Below, in pieces: positions 12,412-25,697 of a stretch of DNA of 63,528 nucleotides. The stretch's first letter is position 1; each line of letters opens with the position of its first letter. A program made the position numbers and the translations under genes. This stretch comes from Glycera tridactyla (lineage: Eukaryota): positions 7,378,001-7,441,528 of the forward strand of contig OZ286477.1 in assembly GCA_965644265.1 (NCBI GenBank), written 5' to 3'. A model generated the notes under the pieces. The model was given only the letters and a program-made list of their open reading frames with translations. It was not told where the DNA came from and made no database searches.

Positions 12412-13383
12412 TACAGCACATAACATTGCCTCATAGCGGGCTCCGAAAAACAGCACATAACATTGCCTCATAGTGGGCTCCAAAATACAGCACATAACAT
12501 TGCCTCATAGCGGGCTTCAAATACAGCATAAAACATTGGCTCATAGCAGGCTCCGAATACAGCACATAACATTGCCTCATAGCAGACTCCAAATACAGCA
12601 CAACACTTTGCCTCATAGTGGGCTCCAAAATACAGCACATAACTTTGCCTCACAGAGGCTCCAAATACAGCACATAACATTGCCTCATAGAGGCTCCAAA
12701 TACAGCACATAACATTGCCCCATATTGGGCTGCAAAATACAGCCCATAACGTTGGCTCATAGTGGGCTCCAAATACAGCATATAACATTGCCTCATAGCG
12801 GGCTCCAAATACAGCACACAACATTGCCTCATAGCAGGCTACAAATACAGCCTCATAGGGGCGCCAAATACAGCACATAACATTGCCTCAAAGTGGGCTC
12901 CAAATACAGCACATAAAATTGCCTCATAGCGGGCTCTGGATACAGCATATAATATTGCCTCATAGCGGGCTCTGGAAACAGCACATAACATTGCCTCATG
13001 GCGAGCTCTGAATACAGCACACAACATTGCCTCTTAGAGGGCTCCAAATACAGCACACAACATTGCCTCATAGCGGGCTCTGGATACAGCACATAACATT
13101 GCTTCATAGCGGGCTCCAAATACAGCACATAACATTGCCTCATAGTGGGCTATGAATATAGCACATAACATCGCCTCATTGTGGGCTCTAAATACAGCAC
13201 ACAACATCGCCTCATAGCGGGCTCCAAATACAGCACATAAAATTGCCTCATAGTGGGCTCCAAAAACAGCACACAACATTGCCTCATAGCAGGCTACAAA
13301 TACAGCCTCATAGGGGCGCCAAATACAGCACATAACATTGCCTCATAGTGGGCTCCAAATACAGCACATAACATTGCCTCATT
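12412..13383. repeat. 36-bp satellite array, right part (copy A)
   Basis: Same unit, mostly the GGGCTCCAAATACAG variant, about 27 copies. Confidence 0.97.
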
Positions 13384-14433
13384 GCAGGAGAAGCTACTCA
13401 GTCTTCTGATTCACTGAGAAATCAATATCATGGCTTGTTCATTCTCAGCTTCATGCCTCAAACAAGTGAATAAATCGGCATCGAGTGCTACGTCTATCTA
13501 TGTCAAAGACTCAGCCATCTAGCAAAGGAAGTCGGACAATCACTTCCAATAGCTGCCACCTGTTGTCACTCTTTTCAGTGTGCATCCGAATGAATTGCTC
13601 TTGGCTTTCATACTGCTCGATGAAATATCTGACCAGGACCCTGAAATACATTTCAAAAAGCAGGTGTTGTCTCGACCAATAGGATAGCATATCAGATTTT
13701 CTTATTTGAAAATATTTTATTTGGTAGCATATGACAATACAATCAATTTATATGCCAACAGAACATACATACAACAGCAGATAAGTAATATTTACAATAG
13801 GGTAGTGAAAAAGTCAAGAGGATACGGATTGAGGATGTAAAATGTATATGAACATATGACAATTGATGGAATAGATGTTTATATCATACTGAACAAGAAC
13901 TGCGGCAAGCTGCATGAAAAATTCATAGGACCCGGACATTCGGGTACTCCCGCTGATGATCAGCAATTTCCGTAGTAGGCTCAATCATCCAGTCCAATGC
14001 CTGTCGTGTGCATCAGGGTCTAAAGCGATGTTATTCGATCGCATAAGATATACACTTTGGAGTTTTCATCATTCAATTATTGTTCTTCGCCCATTCTCAC
14101 AGAATTTCACTGGATTTACTCGTGCTAAGGTTTATTTAGTTGAATCTCGATCCAATGATTTTCGCCTGAACCTGCTAACCGCGGATTGTTCAATCAAAGA
14201 TGACATCGTATACGACAGCTCCACAGTCATGAAGTGAATATAGTACTACTGGGACTACTGGGACTTCAGCGGCAGTCGGCGCCCTTCAGGCACCTCCGGC
14301 CGCCTATGGTGGCCTCGGGCCCTGCGAAAAAAAAAATTGAATAGTGAAACCACCCTCCTAGTAAATTCTACTTGAATTGATCACGCTTGCAGATGTATAT
14401 AGACAAGACAATTCGACAGAATGATTGAATATA

Positions 14434-16110
14434 CAGTCAAACTTGCCTTAACGTGAACCTCCTCTAAGCGGGATCTTGTCCTAAGCGAACACTTTCAATT
14501 CCCCCAACCATAATTTCACTATAAATCACCTGTTCTAAGCGTGAACTTATGCTGCCTTCAGACTGACGCGATTTCACACACGGTCGGCGCCCGATCAACG
14601 TTCTGCCTCAGACCGGCAGTAAAATCGTCTCCCATCTGCGTCAGACTATGTCAGACCGTGTCAGTCTGTGTCAGACCGTGACTGCCAATTTTTCCGGTTC
14701 TAAGATTTTAGGAGGTGTTAAAATCTTGGACACGGAAAAGTTTTCTGTCTCCCAACTGCGACGGATCTGTGTTAGACCGGCTGCCATCTGTCTCTTTCTG
14801 CAATAAATCTGCGGCAGTCTGGTCATATTTTTCACAAGGTTTGGAGCAAGATCAAACACGTAATGACGCAGAATGACGCAGAATGAGACAGATTGGACAC
14901 AGATTTGTCATAGTCCGACAGAGAATGAAGCAGAATGACGCATACTGCACAAGTATATGACACAGACTGACGCATATTGCGGAAAGCTGAGAGACAGACT
15001 GACACAATTTTCATACAGAATGGGAGTAGTGGTGGTGGCGGGAATGGTGAGAGCCAGTGTTAGATGCCATGGTTTTCCTCCTCCAAAACGTGTCCATCGT
15101 TTTGCTCTTACACTGAGCCGATTTTACTTGGGAGTCCGTCGCCAATCTGCCACAGATTGATGTGAAGGTATTAACCACGAATTCGGCTCCCGACCGCGTT
15201 AGTGTAAAGGCAGCATTACGCGGATGGCGAACGATGATTTGGCTTCCTGTCGAGCCACTTAACTTGTATTAAACGTGACCTGTCAGTACAGGTGAGTCAC
15301 TATCATATACAAAGACGTCACGGTAGCCTGCACAGAAACAATAGCCAGTTGTTCTCGAGGTCAGTGTGTAGCTGGAAAAGCCATTTCACGCCTTTGCCTC
15401 GGCTATCATTAGGTCGTTCCCGATCCACACTTCAATGATTTACGGGTGAACGCCACAATAACGATTTATCAGCGAAATATCCATTGTTTATCGCGCATCG
15501 AGTAGCAGTCTAATCAAACAAGTGACAAAACACACGTGGCCTGAAAATGAGAAGGAAGTAAAATGGCGGGATTTGAACCAGCTTCAGAAACGCATATTTC
15601 GTATCAAAAACGTTTTTCAGAAATAGTTGGAAGGGTCTTCAATTTTCTGCTCACATTAGACGTTTCAAACTTATATTCGTTCGCAGATTCATTATTATTA
15701 ATGTTGTTGGGAAACAAGGATGCCGTATCTGAAAATAGATACTCGCATGAATCATGCAGAATGAGGGGTTCCTTTGGTGATGGATGTAAACAGTTCGTTT
15801 GTGATACATTGAAAGCACACAAATTTAACCGTTTCTGGCAAATAATAGTGAGATTTCCACACTGGTTTTGTCAACAATTTAGTTTATATATCACTTCTCC
15901 GCGTGATTCGCGTGTATTTCGCGAAATGTTCGGCGATTATCGATGTTTACTCAGCAAAAGCTTGGTGGGCGATATTGGGAGTATTTTGTATGTGCACATG
16001 TGTTCCCAATCAGGCCCAGCTGACGAGCGAACTTGTACTAAGCGAGAACTTGCCATAAGCGACAGGTTTCGGTTCATCCCGTGGCCCCCTGCTTAGGACA
16101 AGTTAGACTG
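14434..16110. mobile_element. Non-autonomous Tc1/mariner-pogo-type element (TA TSD) hosting a nested insertion
   Basis: TA flanks at 14432-33 and 16111-12; TIRs CAGTCAAACTTG / CAAGTTAGACTG. Shares the subterminal CACTTTCAATTCCCC motif with the element at 11573. Confidence 0.75.
14550..15215. mobile_element. PIF/Harbinger-like non-autonomous element (TTA TSD)
   Basis: TTA direct repeat at 14547-49 and 15216-18; TIRs TGCTGCCTTCAGACTGACGCG / CGCGTTAGTGTAAAGGCAGCA (17/21 complementary). Confidence 0.7.
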
Positions 16111-19100
16111 TATAATAGTAAAAAAAATCGAATGGTGAAACCACAACTTCTAGCGGATTCACCGAGAACTAGTCGCGCTTGCAGTGCTACCGCCTAGCAG
16201 CGGTCTTCTTGGAAACTATCATTCCAAAATATTGATCCAAAAATGCAACACGAAATCCAGCCAGAACCCAAGTAAATGCTTCAATGAAACCTGCGGTCTT
16301 CAGAAAGATGACTGAACAGGACCTCTAAAGAAAGCATGAGGTCGAGTGTTGCGAAAAATGCCTGCCAAAGATACCTGCCTATGATGATTCGCCAAATAAC
16401 AATCACTCCAGGGGGGTCAACTGAGAAAATTATTGGTTTGAATATAGCGTCACATGTGTATACTTTCGCACTCATAAATTGAGAGCAATATCACATAAAT
16501 GGATTGAGGACATATAAATTGGATGATAGATACTGAATGCTCCTCCTGCCTTGCATGGAACGGCTGCAAAAGCCTCGTAGTCGTGCCTTAGTAGGCACTC
16601 CTGTCATTTGGTCACTTGTGTCTTCTGTGGGCACAGCTACTTGGCATGTATGGCCTTCTCATTCCCGGCATTTGGGGCATTCTATATGGGTACATATGAT
16701 AACTTTTGATTACTTTAGTTGATTGGGATGTTCTGTTTACTCTGTCCATATTGATTGTTTGCATCGGCTTATCACAACACGTTTTTTGGTCAATAAAAGC
16801 CTACCTCATCTGAACTCTCGCTTTTTTACACAGGCCAGACAGGAAGCCATGATGATCAATTCGTCCACATTGCATCACATATACATAATTGATGCCATGA
16901 ACTCACTTGGCTTGTGTACTTTCATCCAGCCTCAATTTTAAATTTTGTTATTCCATATTATTTATGTGAGCCATAGCAAGCTACTATTTAGATCTAGAAT
17001 CAGATTCCACTTTTGCGACGGTAACTTCCATCTATAATGGCGTATCATATCGGAATAGCACAACTCCATAGGTGGGGTCTTGCGCCACTCACTGGTCTGA
17101 AGCAGCTCCTTAAAGGCTCTACTCCTTGATTTGCATTGAATTGAGAAGACTATTCAGCTGCAGCCAGACACGTCAAGTGACGTTTTTTGTCTATAGGAGC
17201 ACAAAAACAACATTTACAAATCGGTAACATTCATAATACTCATAACAAAAAAAAACCATATATACAGCACATTAGCAATAGAAGAGATATGGCAGTGATT
17301 GAAGTATCAAGTATGAGTAGTTTGTGAAAATAGAATGACCAGTGTTATGGGGAACTTTAGATATACGTTGAGAATAAACCTGGAATAATTCGGATATAAG
17401 GGTATCATTATTATGATCAAAATTAGTCAGAGCCAGATATATATATTATTGGAAGTAGGAGGATTCAAATGAGTAAACGGTGAAGAAGTTTAGGGACTGC
17501 ATATATCTTATAACATAAGATATAAACATTCATAGGACAGTAGAAGAGATTGGTGTCTTAGGTAATGAGACAAAAGGAGGAATATACAGATACAAGAATA
17601 CAAGAATGTGGGGCCATGCCCTTCCAGAGTCTCCTGATTACACATATCCATCGATGTATCAAATGCATGTAAATGTGTGCGTGCTTGTGGCCAGAAGTAA
17701 GTGTGGCTCTAGCTATGTGTGTGCAAGTGTGTGAGTGTTTGTGGTCATGAAATCGTGCGTGAGTAACCTGTACATAATATCCATTCTCATCATGCTAATG
17801 ATGACTTGTATTTGATGAGATGGAAGTTGTATGTATGACGAATAAAATACTTGTGAATAAAATTTCGCGATACTGGCAAAAATGAGATGATGGGAGCTCG
17901 TTGAGACAAGAGGTTAATGACTGAACCGGGACCAGGGCTGCCACGTCACACCTTATCAATTATCATTTACTTGGGTTTTCCGGGAAGTTCACTTGTAAGG
18001 CCATCTAGACATCGCACCACGACCAGTAGCCAATGTAGGCTCTTTGCTTATCCAAAAAAACAGCTCAGAGATATGACTGGTCATTTTTCAATGAACATAA
18101 AATAGGGGAAGATGTACTACCCTTAAAATTGCCCATCACCAATGGTGCTGGGACACCCATTTTTAGGCCCTGATGTAATGACCCCCCTCCTCAGAAGCAA
18201 GTTTGACCATCTTGCTTCGACCACTTTGATGAAGGGCAGCCACTGTAGGTTATTCACGGGTGCGAGGTGGGGGGGGGGGGGCACCCATTTTGTGTTGACC
18301 AGGGGCTTGGTTCCAAACCGTGCCTGAAGAGGAGCTTTGACTCCAAGACCGAAGGTGATTGCATGCCGAAAATGTCTTTGGCAATGTTGCAGGATACTTG
18401 GGAGTGTAATTGGTTAATGCATTCTCGAATTATCAATTTCTGTGGAGAGTGAAAAATGAGAAGCACACCTTTTTGAAGACAGATAGTCTGAAACTGCTCT
18501 CACATTCACTGCAATACTCGGGAGTGGAAGTGGGGATTCCCTGGTTGTTTCTAGGGAATGCCCCTCGATCCCCTGCAACTGATAAGCAGATTTCTGGTCT
18601 ATGAGTGAATGCATTTCGAGGTGACGTTCAGATCTACCTTAGGTTTGAGATTGAGATTGATTGAGATTGAAAAGTATTCATTTGGTCTAATGAAGATGTC
18701 AAACAGACCATATCTTCTCCACACGAAAAAAAAACACATTCACAAGTTCATGTAATCCGAATAGTACATCGAACACAGTGCATAGGTACCCACTTATTGT
18801 TGCATACATTCTAACCATACTCAAACGACACTGATGCCACGCACACACACACTCACATGCTCATACCCACTCTGGTACACACACACAGACACAACACACA
18901 GCATGCACACACAACAAGGGTATATAGCACGGACAACATTATATACATGGATGTCATAGAGATGTGCACAAATGATGGGAAGGTAGTTGTGGACAAAGCA
19001 CTCCAACCAAGTAGGGGGGGGGGAGTGGTTAAGTGACCCGGTTTTGGCTGGAAACGAGTGTCCAGCCTCAAAATGTAACAAAATGTATCTCCCGTTTGGT

Positions 19101-19289
19101 AGAGGTTAACAAAGTTATCCAAACAAAAACTGGCCAAGCACACTCTATCGAGTAACCTAGTGGCTGAAAGGCCATGCTGGAAAAAACACATTGGAGATCA
19201 CCTCTCTGCTCCGTCACATCATGTATATATATATATATATATATGATGGAAAAAAAATATATAAAGCAAAAGACAGTGACACAGAATGA

Positions 19290-19380
19290 CAGAGTGACAG
19301 AGAGAGAAACAGAGACAGAGACAGACAGGGGGAGATGGGAGGAGGGGAGGGAGGGAGGACGAGGCTGACAGGCAGGCAGG
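19290..19380. repeat. GA-rich microsatellite upstream of lectin B start (conserved upstream of copy C at ~61340-61480)
   Basis: (GA)n/(GGGA)n/(GGCA)n runs precede both exon-1 copies. Confidence 0.8.
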
Positions 19381-19453
19381 CTTGTCGATTATCATTCAGG
19401 TGTAGCATGCACTCGGATTCCACCTCACATTCGGAGCCATTAACTGCTGAATC

Positions 19454-19784
19454 ATGCTTCTTCTAGAGATGGCATATCTTGTCTTATCCCTCCTTCTATA
19501 TCACTCATCTCTCACAATAAGAGGGGAAGTCCTCAGAATTGGAAGCAGCTCTTTTTTGGACACCCTCGACCATCTGCATGACAACCTGACATGTCATAAT
19601 CCTGTGCAACAGCACATGCGAGGAAATGTCTTCTGTGCTCTTCTTTGCTATCAACAGGAATTTTGTGAGTTCCACTTTGTCGTCGATGCCATGTGCTTCA
19701 CCTGCATTCAGGCTGCTCCTGACAATGTGCAGCTTCAAAATTTCACAACTGACCTGAGTGGTATTGATGTCTACAGCAACCAAG
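19454..19784 (+). CDS. Lectin copy B, exon 1: signal peptide + PAN/apple-like Cys-rich domain
   Basis: ATG start, hydrophobic leader MLLLEMAYLVLSLLLYHSSLTIRG, six Cys (LTC..FCALLC..FC..MCFTC), donor CAAG/GTATTT at 19785. 331 bp, phase 1, compatible with exon 2. The PAN assignment is by Cys pattern only. Confidence 0.82.
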
Positions 19785-21536
19785 GTATTTCATATCCATG
19801 CATGTATGACAGAATGGAATGTGGGGGTGGATATGGATATGGATATGGGGACAATGAATTGAGAGATGTATGAATGACTTGGTATGTGTATTGATTGATG
19901 AATATTCAGATAGATTGATGCATCAACAAAGTAATAGATGCATGCAAATATGAATAAATGTAGTGATAGGTCTGGGAGAGATGGATGGGTGTATATATAA
20001 TTTTTTTTTTTTTTTTTTAATTCTTTGAATTTTAATTTCAATTTTTACTTCGTGTGGATGGGATTATCATATTCCCATCACAGAGCTTGACCACTTGTGA
20101 GGAATTTTTTTGAGATGGTTGCCATCAGAGAGATCAGATGCATTTTGTTGATAACATGCCATTGCTGACATATGTGCATCACTTATTTCTGGCCCTGCTC
20201 TCGGGCATGATTACTGGTTGGATCTCATATCGAGATCTCACCCAATGATACTTGTTGTATGCTGGGATGTTCGTCAAAAACATTCACATACATTAACATA
20301 CTATCAAATCCTGATATGCAGTCCTACAAGAATTCACATGTTTGTTGCTACGGGTCTTGCATTGCCAATTACCAATTTCATGTAATTTGGTTTTCATCTT
20401 GGGTCCATAGTAAGCCAAATACCATAAATTCTGTAATTGGCAGTAATTCAATATAGATTGTTAGTTCAGTTGATTATATTTTTCAATTCTGTATCTATCT
20501 TGATTATGAAACCAATGCCTAGATATTGTCAACCCGAAAAGTCTGTCTCCAACAATCTTGTATGTAGAATTCTCTCGCATATCTCCCTTGATGTAGAAAA
20601 GATACTTAGGAGTGAACTGGTATCAATCATTGATGTATTGGTGCCACAAAATTGACTCTCTTCAAGGTAAAATGACGCCATTTCATCACTTTGAATGGGA
20701 AAATCAGTTAAATTACATTTCAAAAATCCTAGCAACCACAGTGGTGATGTGCAGTTATGTATGGTATGTTATCTGTTCAAAATGAGATTCGGCACACAGC
20801 TTGTTCGTTTGATTCTTTATTTGAATTCGTCTTAATTAGCAACATGTATCATAAAAGCTACAAATGTATATGAGCCCCTAATACAGGGTCTTTCCCATAT
20901 TGACGATTGATAGACATTACAAGTTTCAAACCTTTCGTCATAACCAACAATTAATAAACAATAAATTCCTACCATATCATCTATTTGTGATCGTTGTGTG
21001 TATGAGGATGAGATGGAACAAACGATATCAATGGAGCAAGATGAAGTATGGCTATAATGAATATGAATCAGCCTTCATCCTAACTATTCAAATTCTATGA
21101 CACAATAATAATACAGTTTACTCAATATTTCTAAATATGTAGACAATTTGAAAGTTTTTCTTCAAAATTCTTTGACACATCACTACCCATATCTGGGAAT
21201 TCGGCTACATACGTATTCCATATTTTAGCCCCTCGATGTCAGAAAAAGCCCTCGACTTGTTTTAGCCGAGGCTGATCAACTTGCAGAAATGGCTTATCAC
21301 AGTATCTGGTAGCGTATTGGTGGGTTGGTGTAATGAAGTTACACAATAGGGAGTATTGTACATATTGCTCGCCCACCAGTATTTTGTTTACTTCTTTCTC
21401 ATCTTCAACTTTTTATGAGGAGATGATGCAAGAAAGGTGGTATGGCATTGTGTCCAGTTTACACAGCATGGTAGATTTATAGCTGTTTTGGGGCATTTTG
21501 ATTGGCATACTTGCGGTCTACCATACATGTGATATA

Positions 21537-21712
21537 CAGTCGAACCTGTCTATAAAGACCACCTTCGGTCGCACCAAAAGTGGTCTTTATAGGCAGGTGG
21601 TCTTTATAGAGAGGTCATTTATCGTTGAAAATACTACCATGGTCGCAGCTCAGGTGGTCTTAATAGAGAGGTGGTCTCTATAGAGAGGTGGTCTTTAGAG
21701 CAGGTTCGACTG
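21537..21712. mobile_element. 176-bp MITE (Tc1/mariner-pogo type)
   Basis: TA TSD; perfect 12-bp TIR CAGTCGAACCTG extending into TAAAGACCACC; internal repeats of AGAGAGGTGGTCT. Confidence 0.9.
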
Positions 21713-22421
21713 TACGTGTAGGATATGAGCGCAACAAACGTGTATGATGAGAATACATGTCTGTTTAGTACCAGGTTTGACGGCTACCAGAGTTGAGCAC
21801 TGATGAGGCACTCTGCACAGGTTGACATACTCAGTTAGTATTCTGAACAGGCATCTCTCCTCTTGAAGTGACCTGCCTTCAACATCAGTGCAAATTCAGT
21901 CAGCTTGTTCCAGCTGCCCTGTTACCAGAATGTTCGAGCATTCGCATTCCATGTGTGATTCTGTAGGATTCTATCAGAAAATTTGCTTGCTCATGCTTTC
22001 TTGGAAATTGTGAATTCAGCTCGAATTCTCCTACAAACAACCACACATGTCAAGCATGTTTGAGCAGTCTTGTCACAAGGAAAGCCCACACAATGGTCAT
22101 TGTTGGCCAGCCGATTTCATAGATTGAATTACACACCCGGTATCGAATTGAGCATGTCGCAGTGCAATCATTTCGCCTCCAGAGTAATCAACCAACCTCC
22201 ATACAGATTGGATAGGGGCAGCATTGAAGCTATTTGTTGACACACACATTCACGCTTAGCCAAACTTGAATGCTGCATGCATCACCCTTGTCTGAAATTT
22301 AGCTTCATTCTCATATGATGCGCAATTCAATTTTGAAATCCTTCCTTGGAGTTGTATATCAATTGGATGCGAGGTCATTCTTATGTTGATCTCCATATCT
22401 CTGGGTTCTTGCAATACTGTT

Positions 22422-22655
22422 TTTCATGTTCTCCCTGACCTTTTGGTTCTCAGCACACAGCTTCAACTGTTGTCTCTATCATGCCAATTTGTATTGCACT
22501 TTCATGTTCTCCCTGACCTTTTTGTTATCAGCACACAGCTTCAACTGTTGTCTCTATCATGCCAATTTGTATTGCACTTTCATTTTCTCCCTGACCTCTT
22601 GGTTCTCAGCAAACAGCTTCAACTGTTGTCTTTATCATGCCAATTTGTATTGCAC
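22422..22655. repeat. 78-bp tandem repeat x3
   Basis: Unit TTTCATGTTCTCCCTGACCTTTTGGTTCTCAGCACACAGCTTCAACTGTTGTCTCTATCATGCCAATTTGTATTGCAC. Confidence 0.93.
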
Positions 22656-23384
22656 ACAAGGTGTGTGAACAGCCCATCTTTCTATTTCATTTGACAGAAA
22701 AGAGAAATATTCCATATGACTGATGAAACATCCCCATGGATTGTATTTCCAAATCTTCAAGCTCTGAACTGCTATAGGATTCATGACACTTGAAGATTCC
22801 ACTACCCTCGATCAGGTAGCACTCCCACATGGATCATTTCGACCATTTATTAATCCATCTCTTGGCAGCTTCATGTGGATGTCATTCTTCAATGAAAATC
22901 AGACCTCTTCTTAGAATTTTCACCACATGCCATTCCTAAGGTAATCACTTATGTGCACTGAAACTCCTCTCCCTCTTATGTGAATGAGTCAGGGAGTCAA
23001 CGCAACTAAACCAGAAAGTGATCTGCGCATTGACAACCTCTCAGAAAATGATCAAGGGGCTGCTCTCAGGTTCTGAGCATGCTCAGAGGATCAAACTAAG
23101 GGCATAGTGCAAAATCACCACCATCCCATGTGATATGATTAGCGAAAGTAAGAGTCTCTTTACATGCCTGTGAGGTGTCTTCTGTGCTACCAGATTGATC
23201 TTAAAATGTTTGCTTAAAAGGTCATGCATACAGACTACAGCTACACAACTTTCTAACCGCAGATTCTAGAATATGTGAATGACTGATTTTAAAGCCATGT
23301 GGAAGTGTTCTTTTACATGTTGGTCATCTCTACTAGGACATCGAGTTGGTCTTCGTAGTACTATAGACACCCCATTTCTAACCT

Positions 23385-23490
23385 TCCAAGAATGGATGGA
23401 TGGATAGATAGATGGATGGATTGATGCATAGATAAATAGATCGATAGATCGATATATAGATAGACAGATGGATGGATGGATGGATGGATG
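23385..23490. repeat. (GGAT/AGAT)n microsatellite
   Basis: Tetramer runs. Confidence 0.9.
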
Positions 23491-23713
23491 CGATGGACAT
23501 GATGGGAGCCTTTATGACAAAATTCGTAAAATGCATGGACACTCAAGAGACATACGTGACCTGTCTGGTTTCATTATGACCAGTCAAATACCCAAAATGT
23601 TGCATGAATGATCTTTTTGAAGTTACGAGATTATTTTCAGTGATATCCCAACACTGTAGTCACATTCACAAAGTTAGTGAGATGAGACTTATCAATGTAT
23701 TGCAATTTTTCAG

Positions 23714-23881
23714 AGATGACTGAGATGCTACAGTTGGGGAATCATTCATATCAATTTGGATGGACTGCAATGAATTGGGCAGATTGTCAAACCTACTGTC
23801 ACGATATTGGAGGATATCTGGTCCAGTTTGAGACTGATGATGAAGCCTCAGAGATTCGTCACTACATCATCGCAAGATATG
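23714..23881 (+). CDS. Lectin copy B, exon 2 (N-terminal CTLD)
   Basis: ttttcAG acceptor, GTAGGT donor, 168 bp, phase 1/1; EMTEMLQLGNHSYQFGWTAMNWADCQTYCHDIGGYLVQFETDDEASEIRHYIIARY. Confidence 0.9.
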
Positions 23882-25289
23882 GTAGGTTTCTCTGGTTTGG
23901 TTTGGCTCAAAAATTGTGACAAGTATCAACTCAGAAGCGCAATATATGCCATGTGCTCCTGCAGAAAGTACTTATATAAACCCAAGATGCATCGTGTTGT
24001 GGGAAAATGAGGGGTGGTCAAATAAAAGTAGCTGATAGGTCAGAAATATCTCAAAGTACCTCACATGAATTCGAACAAACCTGCCACAGATGGTGCAGAT
24101 TAGTGCTCTCAAAATCAGAAAGAACAGAAGCGTCGTACAAGTCCTGATGGTCATCATCAAACTGATGAACCACACGGGTTGTCAATCAGACTTGCAACAC
24201 ATACTGAATCATGAATAACAAGGCGCCAGGTTTCCTGAATGATCCCACACGAACTGCATATATATGTTGTTTTGAGTGGACTGTTTTGTTGCTACATTTA
24301 GTCTTTTACCAAAAGAAGATCAGCTTGTGTGGACAACTATGCCAAGTAATGATGCTCTCATTGTATCTTTTTGATAACATGCCTACTCATGTCTTTGATG
24401 CAGATTGCTCTGTTGTCAGAGTCAGAAATTCAGTATTAGACATATCCAGTTCTTGGCAAGATTACCATACATAATGGAAAGATGATTTTGCATCAATGTA
24501 ATGTCCTAATGAAAGTGTTCAATGTGAGACATATATCATATCCAATACCATGGCATAGGTTGCCATGGCAACCAGGCTACCTAAAATTCACTGAGAAATC
24601 ACTCATCTTGACCTGGCGCCATGTCTCCTCCATGTCAACTCCCTATGCAATGATTCCATTTCATAAAGGAACATCATTCATACAATATCAAAGATGTATG
24701 TTTTTTATTCTTGGATTATTTTTGTCAGGATTGGATTCTTAAGTCAAATGAATTCGGAAAACTACATATTATTGTGTATGTAATCTGAAATATCATCATG
24801 AGAAATATCGATCTCAAAAAGATGCATGTTTTGAAAGATCATGGTAAAGTCCTTCTACAATATTAAGAACAAATCATCCATGTAGATATGCACAAGACAT
24901 GGCGCCAGGGACATATATTGAACAATACAACTCGAATAAATTGTAACGTTCTTTCCTCAATCTATACTAACTTCAGATTGGAGAAACTGATCATCATCTT
25001 GTTCTAAAATTCGATTTCGGAATAGGTGTTGACCACCCAATCAAATGTACCAAAATCTGCATTGACGACATGAGTAACTGGATCATCTGATGACACCTGA
25101 CAATTTGGCCCGACAACAAGGCTCTAATTTCGAGCAAGATACAGTACAGGATATTGGAAAAAGGTCAGGTTTGAAAGATACTCGAACATTGTGTTCACCT
25201 TCGAACTGACTTCATGATGGTTTGCAATTAACAGTTTAGTAGAGCAATCATATCTTTCAATAGACCTAGTAGGAGTCCTGATAATCCAT

Positions 25290-25630
25290 AACTCAATTCT
25301 CTCCTTCGAGTCATGGCTGAGAGCTTCCATGACGTACGAGTGAGTTAGTACTAGCTCTCACTTATCACTTGAGCTCGAGTGATTTCCTCCTTTGAGTCAT
25401 GGATGGAAGCTCTATGATGTACGAATGAGTAAGTACTAGCTCTCGCCCATCACTAGAGCTTCGCGCCTGCAATTCAATTTCCTCCTTTAACTCATGGCTG
25501 AAAGCTTCAACGATGTACTTAGCTCATACTTAGCACTTGAGCTTTGCTACTGCAACTCAATTTTCCCCCTTTGAGTCACGGCTGGAAGCTTTCATGACAT
25601 ACAAGTGAGTTAGTACCAGCTCTCACAGCA
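25290..25630. repeat. Diverged ~85-95 bp tandem repeat x~4
   Basis: Recurrent CTCCTTTGAGTCATGGCTG..AGCT..ATGA.GTAC.AGTGAGTTAGTACTAGCTCTC blocks. Confidence 0.7.
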
Positions 25631-25697
25631 AATGTGATTTTACTTAACTCAGATTGACTTCATTATCCACCTCATAGTCATATGACGTCACTTAGAA

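Noticed and set aside
10257-13333. Long ORFs with 12-aa repeats (MLCAVSRARYEA, WIQHITLPHSGL)
   Set aside because: By-product of a 36-bp unit (a multiple of 3). They are open in several frames on both strands, have no splice or start context, and are interrupted by a transposon.
10263-13383. Possible CRISPR array (36-bp repeat)
   Set aside because: Units are contiguous with no unique spacers, there are no cas genes, and the context is eukaryotic.
13470-13670. Exon-like segment on the - strand (acceptor tatttcAG, VLVRYFIEQYESQEQF...WQLLEVIVRLPLLDG*)
   Set aside because: In-frame stop, no partner exons and no recognisable family.
15563-16096. 177-aa ORF in the TA-flanked element
   Set aside because: No HTH or DDE transposase motifs recognised; likely a chance ORF. 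ORF 2457..3017(-) was rejected likewise as antisense intronic sequence.
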